A stretch of 64,000 nucleotides of DNA, taken from IMG/VR virus record IMGVR_UViG_2778261562_000001. The stretch is one strand, 5' to 3'. This document shows, piece after piece, positions 18,110 to 28,138 of this stretch (position 1 is its first letter; each line of letters begins with the position of its first letter). A program made the translations under genes and the position numbers. This DNA comes from an uncultured virus (IMG/VR IMGVR_UViG_2778261562_000001) (lineage: Duplodnaviria > Heunggongvirae > Uroviricota > Caudoviricetes). Under the pieces are notes generated by a model that saw only the letters and a program-made list of their open reading frames with translations, had not been told where the DNA came from and did no database searches.

Positions 18110-20632
18110 ATGGTCAAAAAACTAGATAACGGTGATTATTCAGGATTGTCTTCAGATGTTAAACCTAAAGATGCTGCTTTTGGTGCTGAGTTTTTTGAAT
18201 TTGATACTAATAAAACTTTTATTAAAAAACCCAGTGGTTGGCAAGAAGGTGATGGTGGAGCGGGTACTCCCGGTGCAAAGGGAGATGACGGTGATTCAGC
18301 TTATGAAGTAGCTGTTAGTGAAGGTTTTGTTGGAGACGAAAGCGCATGGCTCCTTTCTTTAAAGGGAGAAAAAGGTGACAAAGGCGATAAAGGTGATACA
18401 GGAGATGTCGGTCCTCAAGGTACTCAAGGTGAAACTGGAGAACAAGGTCCTCAAGGGCCTGCTGGTACTAATGGTTTAGGTTGGACAGGTGGTAGTTATG
18501 ATGAAGAAACAGGAGCTATTACTTTTGCATCTAATCAAGGTTTAGGATTTGTTACAGGAGATTTAAGACCTGAAATTACTCCTAAAGCTCCTACTAATGG
18601 TATAGTAAATAATACTGATAATACTTTTTCTTTTACTCCTAATCCAGATTATGCTTTATCTGAACATGAATATAGAGTAAATGAAGGTACATGGAATACT
18701 GTTGAAAGTACTGTAATATCTGTTGGAGCAGTTACTGTTCCTATTGGAGGTATAGAAGTTAGAGTTAAAAGTGGTGCTAACAATAGAAATGCTTCTCCTA
18801 TTTTATCTAATTCAAAAGCAATTGATTGGTATAATACTAATGCATCTTTTGTAGCTGATTTTGATAATGATAGATATATTTTAAATGGAGTAGAAGGAGA
18901 TAAAGCTACTTTAGTAGACCCTTATAGAATAGATCCTCAAGGAGCTACAGGTTCTCCTAAAGATAATGCTTTAAAATTTCCTGCTGCTGCAATTGGTTGG
19001 ACAGGTAGTGAAGTTAGTTATATACTAGACTTTACTATACCTGCTAATGCTGATTTAGCTGGAAATGATTGGGTAGCGGAATCAGGAAATCTTACTAGAA
19101 ACCATCGTATAAGCTCTATTATTACTGGTACATCTGTATTAAGTAATCAGGTTTATGTAGGTGGAGATGCTGGGTTTCAAGATGGTTCTACAAATAACGC
19201 AGCTGTAGCTATAAATGATACTTTAAGAGTTATCATAGCTGTAGATGCTAATGGGGTTGTATCTAAGTCTAATAATGAAATGGTTGATATTTTAGATGGA
19301 CTTGTTCCAACTGATTTTACCCATTTAGCAGTAGGTATGACTATGACAGAATTTCAACAAATACCTGATTTAGTCATAAACAAAATACAAGTATTTAATT
19401 ATAAAATAGAAGTTGAAGGATTGTCAGGGGATGATTTATTTGATACTTCTATTTATACTGAAGTAGATTTTGAAGATACTTTTGAAGAATTAAGTATAAG
19501 AACTAATGGACCTAGTGGATATGCTACTGGTGTAGGTACTTGGACTCCTAGACCTTCTTATACCGATAATGAAACTGAACCTAAAGGTTATGCAGGTGGA
19601 AGTTTATTTATAGTAGACCCTACTTATGATTGGGGTAATGGGTATGAAGTAATGGCAAGTGATGGAGATATTCTTTCTATGAAAACAGAGAGAGTTTCTT
19701 CAGCAGGAATTGGAGGTCAATTAGATAATAATCCTAATACTTCTCAACCTTATGATTGGGTTGGAGGTTATTTAAGTACTAAACATTCTTATACTTTTAA
19801 ATCTCCTTGTTATGTAGAAGCTAGAGTTAAAGTACCTGATGGTAAAGGTATGTGGTCTAGTTTTTGGGCATACAATAATTATGATGGTCATAGAGAGATT
19901 GATATTATTGAGCAATGGACTAATAACATGGAAGTTTATGGTGTTGCTCAACATTATTGGGATGGTACTGAAATAGTGCATGAACAAAAAATGGTTTTAG
20001 CAGATTTAGATTTATCTGCTGATTATCATAATTATGGTTTAGTATGGGCTGATGGAAAAATGACTTTTCTACTTGATGGTAAAGTAGTAGGTATTATTTA
20101 TGAAACAGAAGATATGGCTAATAGAAGCTTATATCTTATTTTAAGTACTAATATTGGTGGAAATGCCGGAGCACCAGACGGTACTACTCCTGATATAAAT
20201 GAAATGCTTGTTGATTGGGTAAGAGTTAAAACTGTTGATACTAGTTCTAATCCTAAAACTCCTGCAAGTAAAGTTGTTTATAATAACTCTATTTCCAATG
20301 CCAATACTGAAAATGTGCAAGGGGCTTTGGACATATTGTTCAATTATTCTCCTAAGGAAGGAACAGGAGCTATTATAGATTTAAGTAATTTTAGAGGATA
20401 TTATATGAATATGACTTCTGCTAATTCTTCTGAAAGTTATGATACTGTGAATGAGGTATTAGGAGGATGGGCCAAAATACTTATAAATGCTGCAAATGAA
20501 CCTTCTGTTACTGATTCTACAGATACAGCAGCTACTAAAATTAAAGGTGCAGACTTTATTGCTGATACTGATATGTATATGGTAGTAGAATATAATGGTG
20601 TAAGAGTAGAATACTTTTTCTTAGAAATATGA
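18110..20632 (+). CDS. Collagen-containing tail fibre with a GH16 glycoside hydrolase domain
   Basis: Gly-X-Y repeats, SAYEVAV..GF.G...WL.SLKG motif, GH16 motifs YVEARVK, GMWSSFW, EIDIIE (19895-19912), YHNYGLVW, VDWVRV. Confidence 0.8.
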   Translation: MVKKLDNGDYSGLSSDVKPKDAAFGAEFFEFDTNKTFIKKPSGWQEGDGGAGTPGAKGDDGDSAYEVAVSEGFVGDESAWLLSLKGEKGDKGDKGDTGDVGPQGTQGETGEQGPQGPAGTNGLGWTGGSYDEETGAITFASNQGLGFVTGDLRPEITPKAPTNGIVNNTDNTFSFTPNPDYALSEHEYRVNEGTWNTVESTVISVGAVTVPIGGIEVRVKSGANNRNASPILSNSKAIDWYNTNASFVADFDNDRYILNGVEGDKATLVDPYRIDPQGATGSPKDNALKFPAAAIGWTGSEVSYILDFTIPANADLAGNDWVAESGNLTRNHRISSIITGTSVLSNQVYVGGDAGFQDGSTNNAAVAINDTLRVIIAVDANGVVSKSNNEMVDILDGLVPTDFTHLAVGMTMTEFQQIPDLVINKIQVFNYKIEVEGLSGDDLFDTSIYTEVDFEDTFEELSIRTNGPSGYATGVGTWTPRPSYTDNETEPKGYAGGSLFIVDPTYDWGNGYEVMASDGDILSMKTERVSSAGIGGQLDNNPNTSQPYDWVGGYLSTKHSYTFKSPCYVEARVKVPDGKGMWSSFWAYNNYDGHREIDIIEQWTNNMEVYGVAQHYWDGTEIVHEQKMVLADLDLSADYHNYGLVWADGKMTFLLDGKVVGIIYETEDMANRSLYLILSTNIGGNAGAPDGTTPDINEMLVDWVRVKTVDTSSNPKTPASKVVYNNSISNANTENVQGALDILFNYSPKEGTGAIIDLSNFRGYYMNMTSANSSESYDTVNEVLGGWAKILINAANEPSVTDSTDTAATKIKGADFIADTDMYMVVEYNGVRVEYFFLEI

Positions 20633-21636
20633 TAAAGAATTTACAAAGACTTAGAAAAGCTCAATTAATTGTATTAACTTATCCTAATCAATTAAATGTA
20701 AATCCTGAATTAATAGCTACAGGAGCAGTCAGTTTTACTGATGATTCTACTACTATTATAGCAGCACATAGTCCGGTAGGCGCAACAAACGCTTTAGGAG
20801 ATGCTAGTAGTTCAGGATTAGCTATTAATTGTATTAGAACTACTTCCGATGATGGTGCTGTAGGAAGTAATAACAGAGATAGACTTACTATAAATAATTT
20901 ATTATTTGTAGGTGCCACATACCATGTGGACGTCTTACATAGACATAGTGATGCTTTAGGTAGTTCAAGAAGTAAAGTAGCAATAGGTGCTGTAGATAGT
21001 GATGAAGTATTGGAAGATGCTAGTCCTTCTTGGTTTATTACTTCTTTTGATTTTACAGCAAACAGTACTACTCTAAGATTTGAAGAGCATGTTAGACAAG
21101 TTATTGAAGCTAATATGCAATGGGTAGATTATAAAGTAAGTNTAAAGATGTTAGGTATTTTTAACCATTTTGAAGACAATGCTGCAAAAGCTGGAAGTTC
21201 TTCTACTTCAACAGGAACTTGGACTAATACTACCAATACAACAATAGCTTTAGAATCAACAAGTACAACTGATGGAGCTAACGCTATTTCTTTTACAAAT
21301 GTTGGTGGAGGAGGTTTTTCTAATAGATTTACTGTAGGCGGATTTAAAATAGGAGATACTTTTAATGTATATTTTGATGTTAAAGCTAATACTAATGAAG
21401 GAGCTTATGCAGGAAATTTTGAAGTTACTGTAAGAAACCCATCTACAGCTGCTAAATTAGCTACTACAGGTGTTTTCAGTAGTAGTACTTATGGAGCTGC
21501 ATTTCAATCTTTTCATTTAACAGGAACATTGGAAACTACAGAATTAGGTCTTTGGGTAAGTATGACTTCATCAGGAGATATAGGAGATAGTTGTGTTTTA
21601 GATAATGTGAGAATTTATATAAATCAATCAGAATAA
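20629..21636 (+). CDS. Two-domain beta-sandwich (carbohydrate-binding-like) protein, putative fibre tip
   Basis: Ser/Thr-rich beta protein ending LDNVRIY; overlaps the fibre stop (ATGA). Confidence 0.5.
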   Translation: MIKNLQRLRKAQLIVLTYPNQLNVNPELIATGAVSFTDDSTTIIAAHSPVGATNALGDASSSGLAINCIRTTSDDGAVGSNNRDRLTINNLLFVGATYHVDVLHRHSDALGSSRSKVAIGAVDSDEVLEDASPSWFITSFDFTANSTTLRFEEHVRQVIEANMQWVDYKVSXKMLGIFNHFEDNAAKAGSSSTSTGTWTNTTNTTIALESTSTTDGANAISFTNVGGGGFSNRFTVGGFKIGDTFNVYFDVKANTNEGAYAGNFEVTVRNPSTAAKLATTGVFSSSTYGAAFQSFHLTGTLETTELGLWVSMTSSGDIGDSCVLDNVRIYINQSE

Positions 21637-22049
21637 TGGCTATAATTAAATTAACCGATAGTAGATATACAGGATTATCTCGTGATATTAAACCTAGAGA
21701 AGCTAAGCTAGGTGCAAGTTTTTACGAATATGATACTGAACTTATCTATGATAAAACTCTTAACATTAACTCTAATAATGGTTGGAAGTTAAGAAGTAAT
21801 CAAGGTGGTGGAAATGGAGGAGATTCTGATACTTCTAAAAGTCTTAAAGGTAAAATTACATCTAAAAATAAGAATGGAGTAGATTATCTTGTTATAATGG
21901 CAGGTGAAGATGATGTTAATTTTCAAGAAGGAGATGTTGTTATAGCTGAAGTTGAAAATGGTAGAACTATTGTAGCTAAAGTTGGCCCTGTATTTAATAC
22001 TATTGCCGATTTAAAAGTTATGATTGATGGAAGAATCTTTATCCCTTAA
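21636..22049 (+). CDS. Short fibre/adaptor protein sharing its N-terminal module with 18110..20632
   Basis: YTGLSRDIKP..AKLGASFYEYDT vs YSGLSSDVKP..AAFGAEFFEFDT. Confidence 0.6.
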   Translation: MAIIKLTDSRYTGLSRDIKPREAKLGASFYEYDTELIYDKTLNINSNNGWKLRSNQGGGNGGDSDTSKSLKGKITSKNKNGVDYLVIMAGEDDVNFQEGDVVIAEVENGRTIVAKVGPVFNTIADLKVMIDGRIFIP

Positions 22050-22059
22050 TTTATAAATT

Positions 22060-22275
22060 ATGATTGTGTATGTATGGTTGACACTGTTATCCCTTATTAT
22101 AGGGGGAGTGTTATTTTTAGTTTTAAGAAAAAGTAGAATTACATTAAATGGTGGTGTTCTCAATAAAAAGCAAGAAGGTGCTATAATTATTGAAAAAGAA
22201 GGTAACCGTTTAGTTATCTACGAAATTAGTAATGGTAAAAAATCTTATTATCTTAATAATGGAAAGATTCAATAA
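22060..22275 (+). CDS. Small single-pass membrane protein
   Basis: Hydrophobic first 22 aa followed by RKSR. Confidence 0.55.
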   Translation: MIVYVWLTLLSLIIGGVLFLVLRKSRITLNGGVLNKKQEGAIIIEKEGNRLVIYEISNGKKSYYLNNGKIQ

Positions 22276-24262
22276 AAAACTCGTATTATTATATGTAGTG
22301 TTTTTCTTTATGATGTGGTTCACAAGAGCACAGGAAACGACTACACAACGATTAGTGTTCAAAACTCTACCTTCATTGTCAGCTTCATCAGCAGACGATT
22401 TTTTGGTAGTCGATGAAAACAACGGTCGTACAAAAAGAATTGATTTGGCAGGACTTGTGAGCCGTGTCGAAGCGATTTCACCTATTTTAAGTGCGGAAGA
22501 AATACAGGATATGTTAGCACCAGTTTTTACTAATGGTAATAATACCGGTTTAACAGTTACTTATAATGATGCTGCTAATGTATTTAATTTTACAGCTACA
22601 GCTAATGATGGTTCTGAAACTAAGATTACTGCTGGAGATAATATTATTATAACAGGTAGTGGTACAATAGCTTCTCCCTATGTAATACAGAGTACCGGTG
22701 GTAGTGGTTCAGGCGTCACTCAAAGTGAGGTTGAATCTATTATAGGTAGTAGAGTAGTTGCAGGTACAGGAATTAGTACTGTATTTAATTCAGGTACTAG
22801 AGAAACTACTATATCTATATCAGGTGAAGAATTTACTTCTGCTGAAAAGTCTAAATTATCAGGCATATCTAGTGGAGCTACTGTTGGAGCTAATTGGCAA
22901 AGCAATCTTACCAATATACCTGCTGATATTGCAGATGGTGATGATGTTTTAAGTAGTGGAGATGTAATAGCTATTGTAGACGGAGATGGTTTTATTAAAA
23001 GTGGTGATGAAACTGACCCTGTATTTACTGCTGCTGATTTTAATATATTACATAAAACAGGTAATGAATCTTTTGGAGGCACTAAAGAAGCTTTAAGTTC
23101 TTTTTTAGTAAACGGCAGTTTATTTTTAAATAATGATGGAGATACTTCAGGTGGAGCAATTTATATGAATGATGATAATACTAGTTTTGGTGTATCTGCT
23201 ACAGCTGGTAATAGAATCTTCTTTAACGATGGTAATCTATCTTGGATGAATAAAAATCAAACCACTACTCCTGCTCAAGGAGCTAGATTTATTCAAAATA
23301 ATACAGGTATTAGAGATTATACTTTCAGAGATAGGCCAGGGGTAGTTGCTTTTACAGATGAGCTAGGAGGATTTAGAACTGCTACTCAATCTGAATTTAA
23401 TGCTATGACAAATGCAGAAAAAGAAGGATGGATATTTATCGAAGAAAGTGGGCCTGTAGATGAAATAGATTTATCTTCTATACGTAAATGGAATTATAAA
23501 GATATTACAGGAGATATATATACTCCTACAGCATCTACTACTGATAGTATTGTTCGTATTAATCATACGTCTGAAACTATAATAGATATTCCTAATCCCC
23601 CATTTCCTAATGGCTATGCTCAAACATTTAGACAAGATTCTATAAATCCTCTTAAATTTGCTGTAAGAGATTATAGAAAAGATGTTTATTGGCAAACTAC
23701 AGGTGAAGGAGCTTTAATTACTATGATTAAAGAAGCAGGTGGATATACTTTTGAATGTGGTATGTGTGAAACTTATGAATATATGCAGGATTTATTTAAT
23801 TCAAATAATTCTCCAATAAGTGCGAAACAAGAAGGAACTGATTTAACTATTTTTGATGATGCTAATTTTAGTTTTGTTATTAAAAATTCAGGAGATACTC
23901 CTGCTCCTTTTGGAGGTACTTATGGTGTAGAATATACTGTTATAGACGCTAGTAGTGGATACGTATCTGATTTAATACCTGTAGGATTTACTTTTCAACA
24001 AAATACGGAATACACTATTGTTGTAAAAGCTAGAGCTATAAGTGGAAGTGAATGGGGAGTACAAATGCACTCTAATAATTGGAGTGTTACTGATGTTGAA
24101 TCTTTTGTATCAGGACAAGATGATACAATAGTATTACATGGAACTACTAGAAGTGATGCTACATTTGATACTCTTAGACTTTATGCAGATAATATTGTCA
24201 ATGGGTCTAAATTATTATTAGGAGAAGTTCAAATATATTTAGGAAATGTTACGATTAATTAA
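22259..24262 (+). CDS. Tail-fibre-like protein with a predicted Sec signal peptide
   Basis: MERFNKKLVLLYVVFFFMMWFTRA|QET; fibre motifs AGDNIIITGSGT, FTSAEKSKLSGI, ETDPVF, LHKTGNESFGGTK; C-terminal CBM-like domain; start 22259 preferred to 22232. Confidence 0.65.
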   Translation: MERFNKKLVLLYVVFFFMMWFTRAQETTTQRLVFKTLPSLSASSADDFLVVDENNGRTKRIDLAGLVSRVEAISPILSAEEIQDMLAPVFTNGNNTGLTVTYNDAANVFNFTATANDGSETKITAGDNIIITGSGTIASPYVIQSTGGSGSGVTQSEVESIIGSRVVAGTGISTVFNSGTRETTISISGEEFTSAEKSKLSGISSGATVGANWQSNLTNIPADIADGDDVLSSGDVIAIVDGDGFIKSGDETDPVFTAADFNILHKTGNESFGGTKEALSSFLVNGSLFLNNDGDTSGGAIYMNDDNTSFGVSATAGNRIFFNDGNLSWMNKNQTTTPAQGARFIQNNTGIRDYTFRDRPGVVAFTDELGGFRTATQSEFNAMTNAEKEGWIFIEESGPVDEIDLSSIRKWNYKDITGDIYTPTASTTDSIVRINHTSETIIDIPNPPFPNGYAQTFRQDSINPLKFAVRDYRKDVYWQTTGEGALITMIKEAGGYTFECGMCETYEYMQDLFNSNNSPISAKQEGTDLTIFDDANFSFVIKNSGDTPAPFGGTYGVEYTVIDASSGYVSDLIPVGFTFQQNTEYTIVVKARAISGSEWGVQMHSNNWSVTDVESFVSGQDDTIVLHGTTRSDATFDTLRLYADNIVNGSKLLLGEVQIYLGNVTIN

Positions 24263-25934
24263 ATTATTTATAATATTAATAAGTATAACAGGATTTTGTC
24301 AAGAACAGAATCCTGTTCTTAGAGGTATTATAGTTCAACAAAAGGATAACGTAAATGTTAATCCTGATTTATATTACACACATCCTGTAAAAGCCTTTCC
24401 AACTGCTCAAGGCGGAGGTTCTGAAGCTACAGGTGGAAGAGGATTAACTCTTGGAAGAGTTACTTCTACTTCTACAGGAGTTACAGGTTCTTTTAATGCT
24501 GTTAGAGCTTGTTATGAAGGAAGCCTTAGATATTTATTAGAAGAAGCTAATGTTGGACCTATCATTTTTGCTGTATCAGGTAAATGGAACGTTTCAGAGT
24601 TTACTTTTTATTATGATAATAATGATAATATTCGTAATAAATTTATAGTAGGTTCTACTGCTCCTAGACCGGGTGTTATTATTTATGGTGGTAGATGGAG
24701 ATTTGTTGAAAATTCAGCAGGTAATTTTATAATGAGAGGTATTACTCATTTATATGGTACTACTGCTGTATTTAGAACTCATTCAGGTATAGGTTTTTCT
24801 GAAGCTATTGATGGGCCTGTAATTTACTCTGACTGTACTACTGGATGGGCTTGGGATCAAGCTGCTGACATATCAGGTAAAAAAGTAACTAAACAAAGAG
24901 TTCTTCATATTGAATGTGGTGACGGACATAATACTGGCGGTATTATTGGAGAAAATACTTCAACAGTTAATCGTGATGCAGATAGTAGAGGTAGACTAGT
25001 ATCCAGTCATCATAACCTTTATAGTTTAATAAGTCATAGATTTGATAATGCTGCTGGAGAAGATGAAGGACGAGTTGATATAATTAATAATGTAGCTTAT
25101 AATTATCAATCTAGAATGGTTAGAATTAACTGTGACCCTAATTTAAATCATATCAATAATATGTATATGAGAGGCCCTAATAGTCCTAGTAGTTTAGGTA
25201 ATAATATTAATAAATGGAGCCCTTATAAAGACGGTAATTGTAGTAATTGTAGTGACCCTTCTTGTGATGGTGTAAATAGATGGTGTACTAATGAATTTTG
25301 TGATTTAGACCCTAAAATCTATACAGCAGGNAATATAGTATCAGGNTTNTTTACTAATNCTTTNGCTAGTAATAAACCNCTTTGGCAAGTNTATCTTTCA
25401 GCTAACGGATTTGTACAATATGACCCATTACCTGATTCTATGTTTGCTACTACAATGCATGATTTAGGATATAATCCTATAACTATTGATACAGCAAATG
25501 AAGCTAAAATAGATTTAGTTGATAATGAAAATGTAGGAGCTAGATATTATGCTTCTTCTACAGGTGAACCTATTAAATATTTTCCTGATTTTATTCATGG
25601 ATATATTGAAGATGCTCAAAATGGAACTACTTTAGCTCGTAGAAGTGCTCCCGGAAGTGATGATATTTCTGGTTATGTAGTGCCTACTTTAGATTCTGCT
25701 ACATCAGCTTATACTGATAGTGATTTTGATGGTATGCCTGATGCTTGGGAAACTACTCATGGATTAAATCCTAATGATAGAACAGATGCGTTAATAACTA
25801 CTAGTAAAGTTTTTAATTTTGGAACTTTGGATAAACCTTATTTAAAGCCTGAAGGTATGGAGAATAGAGAAGTTTATTTTGCTTATATTCATGGAGACTA
25901 CAATCAAAACATGACTAAATATTATAATCAATGA
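24246..25934 (+). CDS. Pectate-lyase-like (PL1-type, Bacteroidota) beta-helix protein with signal peptide
   Basis: KAFPTAQGGG..ATGGRG, GSLRY, IIFAVSG, STAP.PG, HHNL, NNVAYNY, C-terminal DSDFDGMPDAWETTHGLNPND. Confidence 0.8.
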   Translation: MLRLIKLFIILISITGFCQEQNPVLRGIIVQQKDNVNVNPDLYYTHPVKAFPTAQGGGSEATGGRGLTLGRVTSTSTGVTGSFNAVRACYEGSLRYLLEEANVGPIIFAVSGKWNVSEFTFYYDNNDNIRNKFIVGSTAPRPGVIIYGGRWRFVENSAGNFIMRGITHLYGTTAVFRTHSGIGFSEAIDGPVIYSDCTTGWAWDQAADISGKKVTKQRVLHIECGDGHNTGGIIGENTSTVNRDADSRGRLVSSHHNLYSLISHRFDNAAGEDEGRVDIINNVAYNYQSRMVRINCDPNLNHINNMYMRGPNSPSSLGNNINKWSPYKDGNCSNCSDPSCDGVNRWCTNEFCDLDPKIYTAXNIVSXXFTNXXASNKXLWQXYLSANGFVQYDPLPDSMFATTMHDLGYNPITIDTANEAKIDLVDNENVGARYYASSTGEPIKYFPDFIHGYIEDAQNGTTLARRSAPGSDDISGYVVPTLDSATSAYTDSDFDGMPDAWETTHGLNPNDRTDALITTSKVFNFGTLDKPYLKPEGMENREVYFAYIHGDYNQNMTKYYNQ

Positions 25935-26878
25935 AAAAGTTATTTACATTAGTATTAATATTGTTAACTACAATAATTAGTGCTCAGAAATTTGGAAAAA
26001 TTTGTTATACCGATGAAAACGGTGTAACAACTTGTTACGGATTAGGTGGAAATATTTATATAGGTGACGGCACTCCTTTTACAGATGATTTTTTAGATGG
26101 TGGTATTCTAACAGATGGTCAAACTATGACAGCTAATGATTTTGAATCAAGTAGAAAGTTATTTTATATTGTAGGAGATACTGTAGAAGTTACTTTACCT
26201 GATTTAGATGTAGCTAATAAAAAGATACATTTTTGGGCATTTAATGGTAGAATAAATGTAAAAGTAGCTGACGGTGTAGCAGGTATAAGTGGTTCTAGTA
26301 AAAATAATAATAGTCCTTTTACATTTATGCAATCTGTTGTAGACAGTATAGGTTATAGGTCAATAAATACTAATCCTTACCAATCTTATCTACCTCATCC
26401 AAATGCTGCTAATCCTAATCCTGAATTAATTACAGGAGATGCAATAGCTTTTATTAATGAAACCGGTAGTATAAATGAAGCTACTTTACATAATCCTGTA
26501 AATGCTACTATAGAATTGGATGATAGTGGAAACCCTTGGGGTCAATATTCTGCAAGAATTATAGCTACTAATACTACTTTTGGTAGAGATAGAGTAGATA
26601 AAAGTGGTTTAATAGATGGAGAGATTTATGAAGTAGTATTTGCAGTTAAACACGATAATAATACAGGTACAGCTAGATATAGAGTTACTATCGGTTCTAA
26701 TCCAGATTTAACTGTGGACAGGTCACCTAGTACTACTTGGACTGTTGTTCCTAAATTTGAATTTACATATACTTCTGCTGAAGATACTTATGCTAGAATT
26801 GAGAATTATATTAAAACTAGTACAACTGTAGGAGAAGGTATGAATTACAAAATGAGTTTAAAACTTAAAAACGATTAA
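25931..26878 (+). CDS. Secreted-type protein with a C-terminal CBM-like domain
   Basis: MKKLFTLVLILLTTIISA|QKF; C-terminal half resembles the N-terminal domain of 20629..21636. Confidence 0.6.
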   Translation: MKKLFTLVLILLTTIISAQKFGKICYTDENGVTTCYGLGGNIYIGDGTPFTDDFLDGGILTDGQTMTANDFESSRKLFYIVGDTVEVTLPDLDVANKKIHFWAFNGRINVKVADGVAGISGSSKNNNSPFTFMQSVVDSIGYRSINTNPYQSYLPHPNAANPNPELITGDAIAFINETGSINEATLHNPVNATIELDDSGNPWGQYSARIIATNTTFGRDRVDKSGLIDGEIYEVVFAVKHDNNTGTARYRVTIGSNPDLTVDRSPSTTWTVVPKFEFTYTSAEDTYARIENYIKTSTTVGEGMNYKMSLKLKND

Positions 26879-26879
26879 G

Positions 26880-28127
26880 ATGAAAAGGCTATTAACTCTA
26901 TTACTCTGTTTATCTTTTTTACAGGGGAACTCGCAAGGTAAAACTCCTGAAGAAATGATTAATTTAGGAGAGAGTTACTTTTTGAGTACAGTAGACGTTT
27001 ATAATGAGTCTTATGATAATACTAGTACTAGTAATCAACCTGTTTATTATAGGGCTTATAAATTACTAGGTTTATTATCTGCTTTTCAAGTTACTTCTGA
27101 TTTTAAATATCTTGAAAGAATTATTAATTACTGTTATCAAGATATTCAAAACTCTGTCAATACTGGTCATTATGAAGGTACAACCTTTTATAATGGAGAT
27201 GGTTTTTATGATTATTTAAACACAGAAGACCAAGCTATGCCTTTATGGGATAGTCATGGTATGTGGCCAGTCTTTACTACTTTAGTAATGATGAAAAACA
27301 ATCCTTGGATATTAGTAGAAAATGTACCTACTAATAACTATGGAAGAAGTGGTACTTATCAAGATGATTTAGACTATTTAACTGAATGGTATCATACTAA
27401 CATTTGGGTTAAATGGCGTACTAGAAAAGGGCCTACTAGTATGTATGCTAGAAGTCAAACTCATATTAACAGTCATTGGGTTAGAATAGTTGAAGATTTA
27501 AAGATACTTAAACCTAATTACACTTATGATGATGTAACTAGGTTTTATTTGTATGATATGAATGAGTTAAGAGAGTCTTATAGTGCAGGTATGTTAACAG
27601 GTATGATTAAAGATAATCCTCTTAATGCTAACGCTCTTACTTATGATAGACATATGGATGACCCTGATGGAGATAGAAATCCTTCAAGTAGTGGTACTGA
27701 AGATGTAAATCATGGTAATGCTGATGTTTCTACTTTTGTTAAATTAGAAGAAATGGGTATTCTTACTTATGAAGAAGCTTTAATTGATAAATGGGTTAAT
27801 ACTATTTATGTATTCTATCCTAATTTCGGTAGAGACTTAACTTATGAATTATTAGATGGTAGTGGTTCAAATTCTGATTTAAAAGTAGATTTAACTAATG
27901 GATGGTTAATGTTAGGAAGATATAATTTAGCTCTTCAAATAGACCTAGAAAACTCAGATACTTATGGTTCAGGTATTTGGGGTTCAGGTGGTAGAACCGA
28001 TGCCCATTGGTGGGTATTAGCTTTAAATAAAGCTATGCTTAATGGTGATGATATTATAGAATTATATGCCACCTCTACTAAACCTATTAGTACAAGTGGA
28101 GAAGAAGCTTTAATAGGTGTATTTTAA
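26880..28127 (+). CDS. Secreted-type helical (possible alpha/alpha barrel) carbohydrate-active-like protein
   Basis: MKRLLTLLLCLSFLQGNS|QGK; aromatic-rich helices, AFQVTSDFKYLERI, HINSHW and EDVNHGN polar clusters; family uncertain. Confidence 0.45.
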   Translation: MKRLLTLLLCLSFLQGNSQGKTPEEMINLGESYFLSTVDVYNESYDNTSTSNQPVYYRAYKLLGLLSAFQVTSDFKYLERIINYCYQDIQNSVNTGHYEGTTFYNGDGFYDYLNTEDQAMPLWDSHGMWPVFTTLVMMKNNPWILVENVPTNNYGRSGTYQDDLDYLTEWYHTNIWVKWRTRKGPTSMYARSQTHINSHWVRIVEDLKILKPNYTYDDVTRFYLYDMNELRESYSAGMLTGMIKDNPLNANALTYDRHMDDPDGDRNPSSSGTEDVNHGNADVSTFVKLEEMGILTYEEALIDKWVNTIYVFYPNFGRDLTYELLDGSGSNSDLKVDLTNGWLMLGRYNLALQIDLENSDTYGSGIWGSGGRTDAHWWVLALNKAMLNGDDIIELYATSTKPISTSGEEALIGVF

Positions 28128-28138
28128 TTTTAATAATC

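Noticed and set aside
25331..25391. Diversity-generating retroelement variable region suggested by clustered Ns
   Set aside because: Ns are mostly at third positions, and no template repeat or reverse transcriptase is visible in the window
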